A stretch of 64,000 nucleotides of DNA from positions 31,806,001-31,870,000 of the forward strand of contig NC_086129.1 in NCBI RefSeq assembly GCF_963921235.1, in the 5' to 3' direction. The stretch comes from Mobula hypostoma (lineage: Eukaryota). This document shows, in pieces, positions 21,691 to 34,745 of the stretch. Numbering within the stretch: the stretch's first letter is position 1; every line of letters begins with the position of its first letter. A program made the translations under genes and the position numbers. The notes below the pieces were generated by a model. The model was not told where the DNA came from, did no database searches, and was given only the letters and a program-made list of their open reading frames with translations.

Positions 21691-22892
21691 CCACAGATTC
21701 ACCACCCTCTGGCTAAACAAATTCCTCATCATCTCTATTCTAAAGCCTCACAACCTCTATTTTGAGGCTGTGTCCTCTGGTTCTAGGTTCTCCCACTATT
21801 AGAAATATCCTCTCCGGGCCAACTCTATCAAGAAGGGCTCTGATTAGATTTAGTCCATTTTGGCCAACATTGATGGTGGGTTACTACCATCAGTTACAGA
21901 CATGGGAATCAGACTGTCAGTAAATTGAACTGAAAAGTGGACACATTCTGTTCTGTGGTTAGCTTTGTTTTTCTTATGAAATCTGATAATAGGATTTAAA
22001 AGCAAAATTATGGTCATATTTAACTTTCTGCAGGAAATATATGGAGCTTTGTGCTCTATGTACACAATAATGTTGAAGGATTAAAAAGAACATGAGTGTA
22101 TAGAAGAAATAGACACAGTGGAGAGTGCAGAATTTACAATTGTATTAGTTTATATTTCAATTTCTTTCCCTTTTCTGTCGATAGAACATTAACTGAGATT
22201 TACATTCCTCAGAAAAGAAAATATTTTACTTTTAAATCTTATTCCCAACTATTCTGTTTCTTTTTTCTCTTCCTCATCTTCTTTTTCCCACCCCCTCACA
22301 CTCACTTCAGCAGTGCAGGCGACTTGCATCCACTCCAGTTTTGTGAATTCTGAGGTGACTGAATGTGGAAACTGCTGACTCATTATCCCACAGGTGGGGT
22401 AGAAGGTGCCTTCTTTGGTAGTATCTATCAGATGCTTCAATATAACTGCTGTAAGGGATCTTGGTCTCAGAAGCATATAGGAGACAGAGATCACTGCTCT
22501 CCTGCAGCCTATAATCTTTGTGGCAAGTCTGAACTCCTAATCCTCAAATACTCTCTCCCTCATTCCACCTTTGGCACATTGAAGGTGGTGGCAAATTTCA
22601 TCATCGATGGAATGCCTCTGAGATATGAGAAGTAGTCTACAATTTTCCACATTCTCACTGCAAACCTTTACTGCAGGGTGTCCAGTGGAAACAGATTGGG
22701 AGGTATCTTTAGCTTACTGATGTTGAATATAAGGCTTATCATCTCATAGGCTTCAGTGAACAAGTTGACGATTACTTGGAGCATGGCTTTTAGTGAGCTT
22801 CCAAATATAAAATTTATTTGTTGCAAGCCTCACTCTGACAGTTATGCTTTCTTTAAAATGGATACTGAATCTGGTTTTGAGGATATCCTTTT

Positions 22893-25190
22893 ACCATAGA
22901 AACCATAGAAACCATAGAAACTACAGCACAGAAACGGGCCTTTTGGCCCTTCTTGGCTGTGCTGAACCATTTTCTGCCTAGTCCCACTGACCTGCACACG
23001 GACCATATCCCTCCATACACCTCCCATCCATGTATCTGTCCAATTTATTCTTAAATGTTAAAAAAGAACCCGCATTTACCACCTCATCTGGCAGCTCATT
23101 CCATACTCCCACCACTTTCTGTGTGAAGAAGCCCCCCCTAATGTTCCCTTTAAACTTTTCCCCCCTCACCCTTAACCCATGTCCTCAGGTTTTTTTCTCC
23201 CCTTGCCTCAGTGGAAAAAGCCTGCTTGCATTCACTCTATCTATACCCATCATAATTTTATATACCTCTATCAAATCACCCCTCATTCTTCTACACTCCA
23301 GGGAATAAAGTCCTAACCTATTCAACCTTTCTCTGTAACTGAGTTTCTCAAGTCCTGGCAACATCCTTGTAAACCTTCTCTGCACTCTTTCAACCTTATT
23401 TATATCCTTCCTGTAACTTGGTGACCAAAACTGAACACAATACTCCAGATTCGGCCTCACCAATGCCTTATACAACCTCATCATAACATTCCAGCTCTTA
23501 TACTCAATACTTTGATTAATAAAGGCTGATGTACCAAAAGCTCTCTTTACGACCCTATCTACTTGTGACGCCACTTTTAGGGAATTTTGTATCTGTATTC
23601 CCAGATCCCTCTGTTCCACTGCACTCCTCAGTGCCTTACCATTATCCCTGTATGTTCTACCTTGGTTTGTCCTTCCAACATGCAATACCTCACACTTGTC
23701 AGTATTAAACTCCATTTGCCATTTTTCAGCCCATTTTTCCAGCTGGTCCAAGTCCCACTGCAGGCTCTGAAAACCTTCCTCACTGTCTACTACACCTCCA
23801 ATCTTTGTATCATCAGCAAACTTGCTGATCCAATTTACCATATTATCATCCAGATCATTGATATAGATGACAAGTAACAATGGACCCAGCACTGATCCCT
23901 GTGGCACACCACTAGACACAGACCTCCACTCAGAGAAGCAATTCTCTACCACCACTCTTTGGCTTCTTCCATTGAGCCAATGTCTAATCCAATTTACCAC
24001 CTCTCCATGTATACCTAGCGACTGAATTTTCCTAACTAACCTCCCATGCGGGACCTTGTCAAAGGCCTTACTGAAATCCATGTAGACAATATCCACTGCC
24101 TTCCCTTCATCCACTTTCCTGGTAACCTCCTCGAAAAACTCCAACAGATTGGTCAAACATGACCTACCATGCACAAAGCCATGTTGACTCTCCCTAATAA
24201 GTCCCTGTCTATCCAAATGCTTGTAGATTCTGTCTCTTAGTACTCCCTCCAATAACTTACCTAGTACCGACGTTAAACTCACCGGCCTATAATTTCCCGA
24301 ATTACTTTTCGATCCCTTTTTAAACAACGGAACAACATGAGCCACTCTCCAATCCTCCGGCACTTCACCCATAGACAGCGACATTTTAAATATTTCTGCC
24401 AGTGCCCCCGCAATTTCAACACTAGTCTCCTTCAAGGTCCGAGGGAACACTCTGTCAGTTCCCGGGGATTTATCCACTTTAATTTTCCTCAAGACAGCAA
24501 GCACCTCCTCCTTTTCAATCTGTACAGTTTCCATGATCTCACTACTTGATTCCCTCAATTCCATAGACTTCATGCAAGTTTCCTTAGTAAATACAGACAC
24601 AAAAAACCTATTTAAGATCTCCCCCATTTCCTTTGGTTCCGCACATAGCCGACCACTCTGATCTTCAAGAGGACCAATTTTATCCCTTACAATCCTTTTG
24701 CTCTTAATATACTTGTAAAAGCTCTTTGGATTATCCTTCACTTTGACTGCCAAGGCAACCTCATGTCTTCTTTTAGCCCTCCTGATTTCTTTCTTAAGTA
24801 TTTTCTTGCACTCCTTATACTCTTCAAGCACCTGATTTACTCCGTTCCCTATACATTTCATACAACTCCCTCTTCTTCTTTATCAGAGTTGCAATATCCC
24901 TTGAGAACCAAGGTTCCTTATTCCTATTCAATTTGCCTTTAATCCTGAAAGGAACGTACAAACCCTGCACTCTCAAAATTTCCCCTTTGAAGGCTTCCCA
25001 CCTACCGATCACATCTTTGCCAGAGAACAACCTGTCCCAATCCATCCTTTCTCATTTCTTCAAATTTGGCCTTCTTCCAGTTCAGAACCTCAACCCTAGG
25101 ACCAGATCTATCCTTGTCCATGATCAAATTGAAACTAATGGTGTTATGATCACTGGAACCAAAGTGCTCCCCTACACAGACTTCCGAAGG
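22893..25190 (-). mobile_element. CR1 LINE, 5'-truncated, with a 558-aa open RT frame (23185-24861)
   Basis: NYRPVSLTSV, YMDFSKAFDKVPH, GVPQGSVLGP, KFADDTK; (TTTCTATGG)n tail. Confidence 0.92.
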
Positions 25191-25467
25191 CTGGATTATA
25201 GCTGTTGATGTCTTGCCTGGAAGTGAAGTCTGGTTTCTGCCTGTACAAAACTGGCTGAGCCTCTATTTGATCTCTGATAATTTTCAATTCTTTATTAATG
25301 ACTAAGCAGATACGTACATTACTGCTTGGTTAAGCGAAGTCCACTATGATGATGTTACAACTTTCTTCCATCCAACTTATTGCATGTACAAATAACAATT
25401 ATGTTTTTAAAAGCAATGTACAAGATTTTCACACATTCCCAACTTATCAATACTACACATCTGTAAC

Positions 25468-25730
25468 TGTCATGATTTGCACTGACAATATTGGAACCCA
25501 AGTGCAGAGGAAAGACAGAATCTGATATAGAGGCGGTGATGAGAGTTTATTCATAATGATACCAAGAGAACATCGGTGGCTCAGCCGAGCGACACTGCGA
25601 AAATGAGGACCCTGTGATTAGCGCTAATTGGGCATCCACTTAAATAACACAAGTAACACAGAATCCCCGATTCTATCAAAATAAACTTAACAAGGTTAAA
25701 CAGAAAGCACAAGAAACTGCATTACAAACA
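25468..25730 (-). mobile_element. Possible Gypsy-type LTR fragment
   Basis: tgtcatga...ggaacccaagtgcaga resembles the terminus at 296-345; the other end was not identified. Confidence 0.35.
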
Positions 25731-25734
25731 GTGT

Positions 25735-26601
25735 GGCTACGTCCACATTAGACCGGATAATTTTGAAAACGCCGGTTTCGCGTAAAAATGATAGGCGTCC
25801 ACACCAGGCGTTTTTGAAAATACCTCCGTCTACATTAAAACAGATATTTGGGTGAATCTCCTACTGGGCATGCACAGGGTACACAGAAAACAAGCAAAGA
25901 GGAAACGGTATACTTTGTGCGCGTTTGTCCAGCTACAGACTAGAAAAACTTAAAAGGAAATTGCCAGACGAAAGACTTGGTGCGCGTTTATCCAGAAACA
26001 TTTCCTATAGCCATCGTCTCTTCACCGATGAAAGGGACGACAGCTACAACTAAATGAAATAAGGGTTGTAACTGGGCAAAAGTGAAATTACCTCATTTGT
26101 TTGCCTTTACTTTTGCCATGTCTTTGTGTATTATTTTGTTGTATTTAACATGTGCAATAAAACGAGTTACTGGGCAAAAGTGACAATTGCATCTATTGAA
26201 TGTTTGCACAAGCAATACATTAATAAAGCACCCTGTTAAATGTATAAAACATGTCTGCATCAGTGTTATCTTGTATTTCCATACAATGATACATTGGGCT
26301 GTTATACATCTATTGTCAGATATCGTTGTGGTGTTGGAGGCTGCGTTCAAGAAAACAATGAAATGCCGCACTGTCACCACCATTTGTTCCGGCACGTCAT
26401 GACAGCGGTTTTAAAATTAGCCGGTTACCCCGTACTCACTACAACGGCCAACCGGCGTTTTCAGATTTATTCACTCTGGAGAGCGTTTCTGAAAAGCTCT
26501 GTTTTTGGGGGAGGAAAACGCTGTTTCAGTGTGGACGGAGGGTCAAAATGAAGAGAAAAAGCTTCGGTTAGGGATTTATCCGGTCTAGTGTGGATGTAGC
26601 C
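25735..26601. mobile_element. Non-autonomous TIR DNA transposon (PIF/Harbinger-like MITE)
   Basis: 26-bp TIRs GGCTACGTCCACATTAGACCGGATAA / TTATCCGGTCTAGTGTGGATGTAGCC; flanks TGT / TGA; no transposase ORF. Confidence 0.8.
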
Positions 26602-26699
26602 TGAGTCACTCAAGAAAAACACAAGGAACTCTAAATAATTAATGGCTCTCATTAAACAGCCATTAATCAATTCAGGTAGGCAAGGCATTTCAAAACAAT

Positions 26700-27435
26700 T
26701 GAGCAAGGCATTTGATAAGGTCCTGCATGGGAGGTTGGTCAAGAAGGTTCAGTCACTCAGTATTTAAGATCAGATAGTAAATTGGATTAGACACTGGCTT
26801 TGTGGGAGAAGACAGAGTGGTAGTAGAAGGTTGTCTCTCTGACTGGAGGCCTGTGATTAGTGGAATACCACAGGGATTGGAGCTGGGTCTGTGGTTGTTT
26901 GTCATCTATATCAACGATCTGGATAATAATGTGGTAAACTGGATCGGCAAATTTGGGGATGACACCAAGATTGGGGGTGTAGTGGACAGTGAAGATGACT
27001 ATCATAGTGTGCAGTGGGATCTGGACCAACTGGAAAAATGGGCTGAAAAATGGTAGGTGGAACTTAACACAGACAAGCGTGAGGTTTTGCCCTTTGGTAG
27101 GGCCAACCGCAGTAGGTCTTACACAGTGAACAGTAGGGCACTGAGGAGTGCTGTAGAACAAAGGGATCTGGAAATACCGGTCCATAATTCATTGAAAGTG
27201 GTGGTACAGGTAGAATAGGTAAATGCAAGCAGGAAATTTCCACTGGTTGGGTGAGACTACAGCCAGAGGTCATGGGTTAAGGGTGAAATGTGAAAAGTTA
27301 AAGGGGAGCATGAGGGAGACGACTTCACTCAGAGGGCCGTGACAGTGTCAAAGGAGCTGTCAGTGCAACTGGTGGATGTGATTTGATTTCAACAGTTTAG
27401 AAAAATTTGGAAAAGTACATGGATGGGAGGGGGAT
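26700..27435 (+). mobile_element. Degenerate CR1 fragment
   Basis: GIPQG, YINDLD, KFGDDTK motifs. Confidence 0.8.
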
Positions 27436-28108
27436 GGAGGTACTGAACATGTGATATTTTTACTTGCTAAACAATCTTGTTAGAATATTTCCAGCTAACT
27501 CTGGCTCAAGAATGGGCTTGTCAAGGTCAAACTGTGATGTTCTTTGCTGGATTTAAGGAGCAGACAGTCCCAGTACAGTATGCTGCTGAGTTAAGATTTC
27601 GATTAGATGCAGTTTCAAAGTTAAAATAGAAGTAGTCTTGTGTAACACCCCATTACCAAAATATCACTAAGTTATTCACAAAAAATCCCCTCATTTCCAA
27701 ATTAGCTTTCAAGGCAACTATGATGGGAACCTGAATTTCATAATTTAAAAAAATGTTTCAATTAATATTGCATGGAAATATTTCGAATGTCTAGTGCTGT
27801 AACAAGCCATGCAATCCAATAGGTGCCAATGTTAATCATCCCTATAAATCTTCTCCCATCACTGTTCAATACACCAATTCTAACAGATGGGTTTTGACCT
27901 GAAATATTAAATACAGTGCCTTGAAAACATATTCAGCCCCCACAAATATTTTCACATTTTACTGTCTCAATTTCTATATTGAAGGATTTTTTTAGCTAAT
28001 CTACATCAAATCAAAAGAAACATTCCAAAACCTGTCAACAATTTAAAAAAATTATAAACCAAAATTGAGAGGCTGAAGAAGTATTCATCCCCTATGTAAT
28101 TACCACAC

Positions 28109-31100
28109 CAGATGTTCAACCCGTACGTGCCAGTGGTTGACGTCCTTACATTCCTCGCTCGGTATGTGGAGAGCGGAGGAACTCCAGCGGACGTGAAGGA
28201 CGGACTGGGAATCTGGACCAGCAAGTGGCAGGTCAAGGTGAAGCTGAGGTTGGACTCCAACGGCGGCATCATCCACCCCCCCTCGGTCTTCACCGTCGGA
28301 GGGAACCGAGGGTTCATGGTGTATGCGGGGCAACCCAGGGTGTGCGTTTCCAGTGCAGGGTGGTGATGTGCAAGAACTGTAAAACCGAGGGCCACCTGAC
28401 CAAAGACTGCACGCAGGCCAAGTCCTGCAACCTTTGCGGACAGGCTGGCCACCTGTACAGGGCCTGCCTGAGGCGTGGGGGCACCTACGCACAGGCGACC
28501 AGGGGAGGTGCTGGCCCTGAAAGGGCCCAGGCAGTTTCGGACGTACTCGCCAGCGCTGCAGACGAGGCACCCGACAGGACGGACAGCGAAACCAGGGAGG
28601 AAGGTGCAGGCACCCCAAGGCCCGCCACCCTCTTGCAGACCCTCCAGGACCAGCCAAACGACGAGCAGGAGTCCATGGAGGAGGGGAGAGCCGAGGCCGA
28701 AAGCGAATGGAAGGTCGCGAAATGCAAAAAGACCCAAAAGACGGCGGCCAAACGACAGAAGGTGGAGGAACACAAGAAAAGGGCAGGGAACCACACGGCC
28801 TCTGGTACCCTGTCCTCCTCAGAGGGGGAAGGAGTTGGGGGAGGCCAGCAGCCCCGGCAGAAGAAGTGGCTGGCAGAACAGGCGGAGAGGAGGAGAGAGG
28901 AGGGAGGAAGTCTGCTGGCCACCCTGCCAAGTACAGGAGGCGGAGAGCAGCAGACACACACAGAGCTCCGGGAATTCGGGAGCAGAGCCACGGCTGGCAC
29001 CCAGCAGCCGGAAGGGGAAGCAGCCCCAGAAGTCAACAACCCCCCGGGCCCAGAACCAGAACTGCTACACCTGGGGGAGTACTACCAGCAATACCTGAGC
29101 CCACAGAAGGTGGAAAACTTCACAAAGGCGGTGGGCATGAAGGCTCAGGACTGCAAGGGTGAGGACGGAGAGCAGCCGAAATAAAGGACTCACAATGATG
29201 GCAGACCTTAAATTGGCGTGCTTGAACGTGCGCAGTTTGAAGAGTACTGGGCGATGCGTCAGCGCGCTCCAGTACCTGGACACTGTAAAGGCCGATGTGA
29301 CCTTCCTCCAGGAGTGCGGACTACCACACCTCCACAACTACCGGAGGTGGTCACACTGGTGGACCCAGGGTTTGTCTGTGTGGTCAGGGGGCAACGATTG
29401 TCGCGCTTCCGGCCTGGGAATTCTGCTATGGGGAGGGAACTTCTCAATCACCCAAGTGATTGGCGGGGCGCCTCCTGGTAGCAGACGTCAAATACCGGGA
29501 CACCCCGCTCCGGCTGATCAACGTGTACGCCTCCCCCGTGTGGAGCGAGCGGCTGGCCGTCTTCGAGCAGCTCCCACAGCTGCTGGTGACGTCCCAGCCG
29601 GTCGTTCTGGCCAGAGACTTCAACTGCTCCATTGATGCGGCTGGAAGACCCGGCAGTGCCGACAGCAGGCTGGACAGTACCTCTAGACTCCTGAGGGAAA
29701 CGGTGAAGACAGCCAAGCTGCGCGACGCCTTTGGTACCTCCACAGGTGGAGCACAGCCACAAGCCACCTGGACACGATCGGATGGCTCAGCCCGCTCCCG
29801 GATCGACTTCCTCTTCCTGTCTGAGTCCCTCATGGACTCCCTGGCTCACTGGTGGGAAGCAACCAAGGAGAACATTAAGAGGTTCTTCATCCGCAAGGGT
29901 ATCCAGAAAGCAAGGCAGGAGCAGAGGGAAGTGCGTAAACTCCAGACAGAGTTGCAGCAACTTCTCCTTCTGCAGTCGAAGGGGGTGGATGTCAGGGAGG
30001 AATTGCGAGGGGTGAAGTGCCGGCAAGCCCAGCACCTCGCTGCTGAATCCTTCAAGATCATCTTCCGATCAAGGGTCCGAACCGTGGAGCAGGACGAGAC
30101 GTGCTCTCGCTTCTTCTTCCAAAAGGTGCACAGGGGGAGCTCTGTGATCCACAGCCTTAAGGAAGAGGACGGCTCAGTTGCGTCCTCGCAGACCGACATA
30201 CTGAGGATCTGCAAATCCTTCTACGCCGGTCTGTACGATGAAAAGGCCACAGAATCCACAGCCTCCCGCAACTTCCTGTCGTCTATCACGCAGGTCTTAG
30301 ACGACGGCAAGCGGGAGAGTCTGGATCAGCCACTGACCCTGGACGAGCTGACAGGCTCCATCCATTCCTTTGAGTCGGGTAAGACTCCCGGAAGCGACTG
30401 CTTACCGGCTGAGTTGTACTCGGCTCTGTGGAACTGGATGGGCCCTGACCTGCTGGAAGTGTACAACGCTATGCTTCTGGCCGGCAGCATGTCAGAGTCC
30501 ATGGGGAAGGGCATCATCACCCTCATCTACAAGCAGAAGGGGGAAAGGGAGGACATTAGAAATTGGAGACGCATCTCTCTCCTGAGTGTGGACTACAAGA
30601 TCCTGTCCAAGGCTATCGCCAACAGGGTCAAGTCTGCTCTGGGACAGGTGATTCACCCTGACCAAACCTGTGCTGTACCGGGCAAGAAGATCTCAGACAG
30701 CCTCGCGCTGCTGAGGGACACCATCGCCTACGTGCAGGACAGGGGGGTGAACGCCTGTCTGGTCAGCTTAGACTAGGAGAAAGCCTTCGACAGGATATCG
30801 CACACGTACATGGCAGACGTGCTCTCCAAAATGGGATTCGGGGAGGGAATCCGGAATTGGATTAGACTGCTCTACACAGACATCCCTAGTGCAGTCCAGG
30901 TCAATGGGTGGGAAACAGACAGCTTCCCCATCAGGTCTGGAGTCAGGCAGGGCTGTCCCCTCTCCCCTGTCTTGTTTGTCTGCTGCATAGAACCCTTTGC
31001 GGAAGCCATCAGGAGAGATGAGGGCATAAGAGGGGTGACGCTGCCAGGCAGTGGAGGGACCCAAGTGAAAACCTCCCTGTACATGGATGACGTCACCGTC

Positions 31101-32393
31101 TTCTGCTCTGATCCAAGGTCAGTTCACCGGTTGATTGGCACCTGCGAACAGTTCGAGCTAGCGTCGGGGGCCAGGGTCAACCGCACGAAGAGCGAAGCCA
31201 TGCTCTTCGGCAACTGGCCCGACCGATCCAGCGTCCCCTTCACCATCAGGTCTGACCACGTGAAGGTGTTGGGGATCTGCTTCGGAGGGGCTGAGGTGTG
31301 CAACAAGAACTGGCAGGAGCGGACTGCCAAGGTGAAACAGAAACTGGGACTGTGGGGAGGGCGCTCCCTGTCGATAACGGGCAAGAACCTGGTCATCAGG
31401 TGTGAGGTGCTCTCAGGGCTGCTGTACTTGGCGCAGGTGTGGCCCGTCACCCGCTCCTACAGCTCGGAAATCACCTCTGGCCCCACTCCTGCGCAACGCC
31501 CCAGTCAGCTGGTCATTGCCGGCATACCTGTTCTACGTAGCAAAGTTCTTCCAGGAGACGCCTTTGACCACAGAGCCATTAGGCAGTGGTCGACACGTAA
31601 TGTCCTGTAGGCACTGCAGGAGAAGGACGTGATGGACACAGTGGGGTGGTTCCCTGAGCAGACCGTCCAGTTCATCTGGCAAAATGCCTCATCGCCAGAC
31701 CTCACCAACAGGCACCAAGACCTCGCCTGGCTGGCAGTGAGAGGGGCCCTCCCAGTCAGTTCCCTCCTGCATGCCCGGAACTTCATCTCCACACCCCACT
31801 GCCCACGGGAGGACTGCAGTGAGGAGGAGTCTGTGACCCACCTCTTTGCACACTGTCAGTTCACAGAGAGGGTGTGGAGGAGGATGGACAGACTAGTGTC
31901 ACGTTTTATCCCCAGCAGCTGCATAACAGAGGACTCTGATCTACGGGCTGTTCCCGGGGACGCACACGGAGACCAACACCCGGTGCTGCTGGCAGATCAT
32001 CAACTCAGTGAAAGACGCTCTTTGGTCGGCCCGAAACTTGATGATCTACCAGCACATGGAAATGTCCGTGGGAGAATGCTGCCGACTGGCACATTCTCGG
32101 CTGCAGGAGTACGTGCTGAGGGACGCACTGAAACTCGGTGCAGCCACCGCAAGGGCCCGGTGGGGAAGGACCACGGTATAGGTTTCTTCACCCGTGGGAG
32201 TGGGAGGGGTCGGGGGCGGGGAGTATACCCCTCAATAATGATGTGGTAAGGTGAACAACTGGAGTGCCACGTGGGTGGCCATAAATATGGATATGTACTG
32301 ACTTTAATGGAAACGTATGTAAAGGATGGAAAGTTATTGAATGGTTTATTGTATACATTTATTTTTGAATAAAGTATATTTTGAAATTAAAAA
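28109..32393 (+). mobile_element. Tx1-clade non-LTR retrotransposon, 5'-truncated in ORF1
   Basis: ORF1 zinc knuckles CKNCKTEGHLTKDC and CNLCGQAGHLYRAC; ORF2 APE (CLNVRSL, LQEC), RT (GVRQGCPLSP, YMDD) and C-terminal CPREDC...HLFAHC; AATAAA plus A tail; TSD (AA)TTACCACAC; several frameshifts and stops. Confidence 0.92.
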
Positions 32394-32658
32394 AATTACC
32401 ACACTAACTTTCCTCGGGTGCAATACTGTATATTACCTCACCAACTCACCCAATTTGTTGATGTAGAAAATTGGAAGATCACCTGAATAAATCCACCCTC
32501 CCCTCTCTATAAGCTCCAACAGTATGGTTGATTTTCAAAAGACCAAACCAAAATGAAGACAAAAGAACATTCAAGGCAAGTTGGGGAAATCATAATATGG
32601 AAGCACAAATCCAGAGAAGGGTATAAGACCCCTTCAAAGGCACTGAACATACCTCGGA

Positions 32659-33200
32659 TTGAAGGTCGGTGTCACTGCAGGAGGTTGGGGGAGTTGGAAG
32701 ATCTACAGCTGTGTGCTCAGAGACCCAAGATCTTTGGGCACAGAGTTCGGAAAAAGCAAAGCAACGGACTTTTAACATCGTAAACCAGCGAGTTGTTTGT
32801 TATGTCTCTCCTCTTGCTGTGAAAATGGAGACATCTCTTTCTCCCTTATTAGGGAGGGAGAGAGAGAGAGCCTGTGGTGTGTTGAATACCGGGTGAATGA
32901 GTAGTCTTTGGGGTAACTGCAAGTCTGTGTCTTTGCTGTTGCTTTGCTCACGCTTGAGTGCTTGGTGGCGGATGCCGATGCATTTTTTGCCAGTGAGGGG
33001 AGGGGGAATCGTTGCTTGCTGCCGCTTATGCGCTGGAAGGAGGGGAGCTGGGGGAGGGGGCTTTGGGGTTCTAACATTTAACTGTCATTCACACTTTGGG
33101 GGCACTCCTCTGTTTTCGTGGATGGTTGTGAAGAAAAAGCATTTCAGGATGTATATTGTGTACATTTCTCTGACATTAAATGTACCTTTGAAACCTTTGA
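32659..33200 (+). mobile_element. Unclassified 542-bp insertion with TTGA ends and (TTTGAAACC)-like tail
   Basis: Interrupts the Tc1 transposase frame at cgga|gctc; no long TSD. Confidence 0.7.
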
Positions 33201-33454
33201 GCTCAGTACAGTCCATCATGAAAAAGTGGAAAAAATATCAAACCACAGCCACACTGAATTTAGTCACCAGAGAAGAATGGCACTTGTAAGAGAGGTTACT
33301 GTGACACCAACAGTCACTCTGAGTAACCTGTAGAAGTCAGTGGCTGCAACTGGAGATGAAGTTCATGCCTCCACAATCTCTGAGACCTTGCACAGAAATG
33401 GTATTTATGAAAGACTGGCAAGGAAGAAGCTTTGGCTAAAAGAATTTACAAAGC

Positions 33455-34745
33455 ATTACTGGTCAATGATGAAATGCTTTGAGAGGATGGTCAGGGCTAG
33501 AGTGAACTCTTCCCTCAGCAAGGACCTGGACCCACTGCAATTTGCCTATCGCTACAATAACTCTACGGCAGATACAATCTCAATGGCTCTTCACATGGTC
33601 TTAGATCACCTGAACAATACAAACACCTATTTGTTGACTATAGCTCAGTGTTTAACACCATCATTCCCACAATCCTGATCGATAAGCTACAGAACCTGGG
33701 CCTCTGCACCTTCCTCTGCAATTGGATCTTCAACTTCCTAACTGGAAGACCACAATCTGTACAGATTGGTGATAACATATCCTCCTCGCTGTCGATCAAC
33801 ACAGGTGCACCTCAGGGGTGTGTGCTTAGCCCACTGTTCTACTCTCTATATTCTCATGACTGTGTGGCTAGGCATAGCTCAAATGCCATCTAAAAATTTG
33901 CTGATGATACAACCATTCTTGGCAGAATCTCATATGGAGATGAGAGGGCGTACAGGAGCGAGATATTCCAGCTAGTGGAGTGGTGTTGCAGCAACAACCA
34001 GGCGCTCAACGTCAGTAAAACGAAAGAGCTGATTGTGGACTTCAGGAAGGGTAATACGAAGGAACACATACCAATCCTCATAGAGGGATCAGAAGTGGAG
34101 AGAGTGAGCAGTTTCAAGTTCCTGGGCGTCAAGATTTCTGAGGATCTAACCTGGTCCCAACATATTGGTGCAGTTATAACGAAGGCAAGACTGTGGCTAT
34201 ATTTCATTAGGAGTTTGAAGAGATTTGGTTTGTCAACTAAAACGCTCGAAAACTTCTACAGATGTACTGTGGAGAGTATTCTGACAGGCTGCATCACTGT
34301 CTTGTATGGGGGGGGGGCTACTGCACAGGACTGAAAAACGCTGCAGAGGGTCGTAAATTTAGTCGGCTCCATCTTGGGTACTAGCCTCCGTAGCACCCAA
34401 GACATTTTCAAGGAGTGGTGCCTCAGAAAGGACCCCCATTTCCCAAGACATGCCCTCTTCTCATTATTACCATCAGGAGGGAGGTACAGAAGCCTGAAGA
34501 CGCACTCTCAACAATTCAGGAACAGCTTCTTCCCCTCTGCCATATGATTCCTAATTGGACATTAAACCCGTGAACACTTTTTTTTAATATATATTATTTC
34601 TGTTTTTGCACTATTTTAAATCTATTCAATAAACATATATAATATAATTTTTTTTTCTATATTATAATATATTGCATTGAACTGCTGCTGCTAAGTTAAC
34701 AAATTTCATGACACATGCCGATGATAATAAACCTGATTCTGATTC
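33455..34745 (+). mobile_element. Rex/Babar-like LINE 3' part inside Tc1
   Basis: [30 protein letters not shown]; 3' tail ends in (ATTCTG)-like repeats. Confidence 0.85.

Noticed and set aside
23185-24861. 558-aa RT ORF as a host gene or an active element
   Set aside because: A 5'-truncated CR1 lacking most of the endonuclease, with a frameshift near the C-terminus; ordinary for this genome type.
28100-28957. 285-aa and other long minus-strand ORFs over 28000-29040
   Set aside because: Antisense shadows of the GC-rich Tx1 ORF1.
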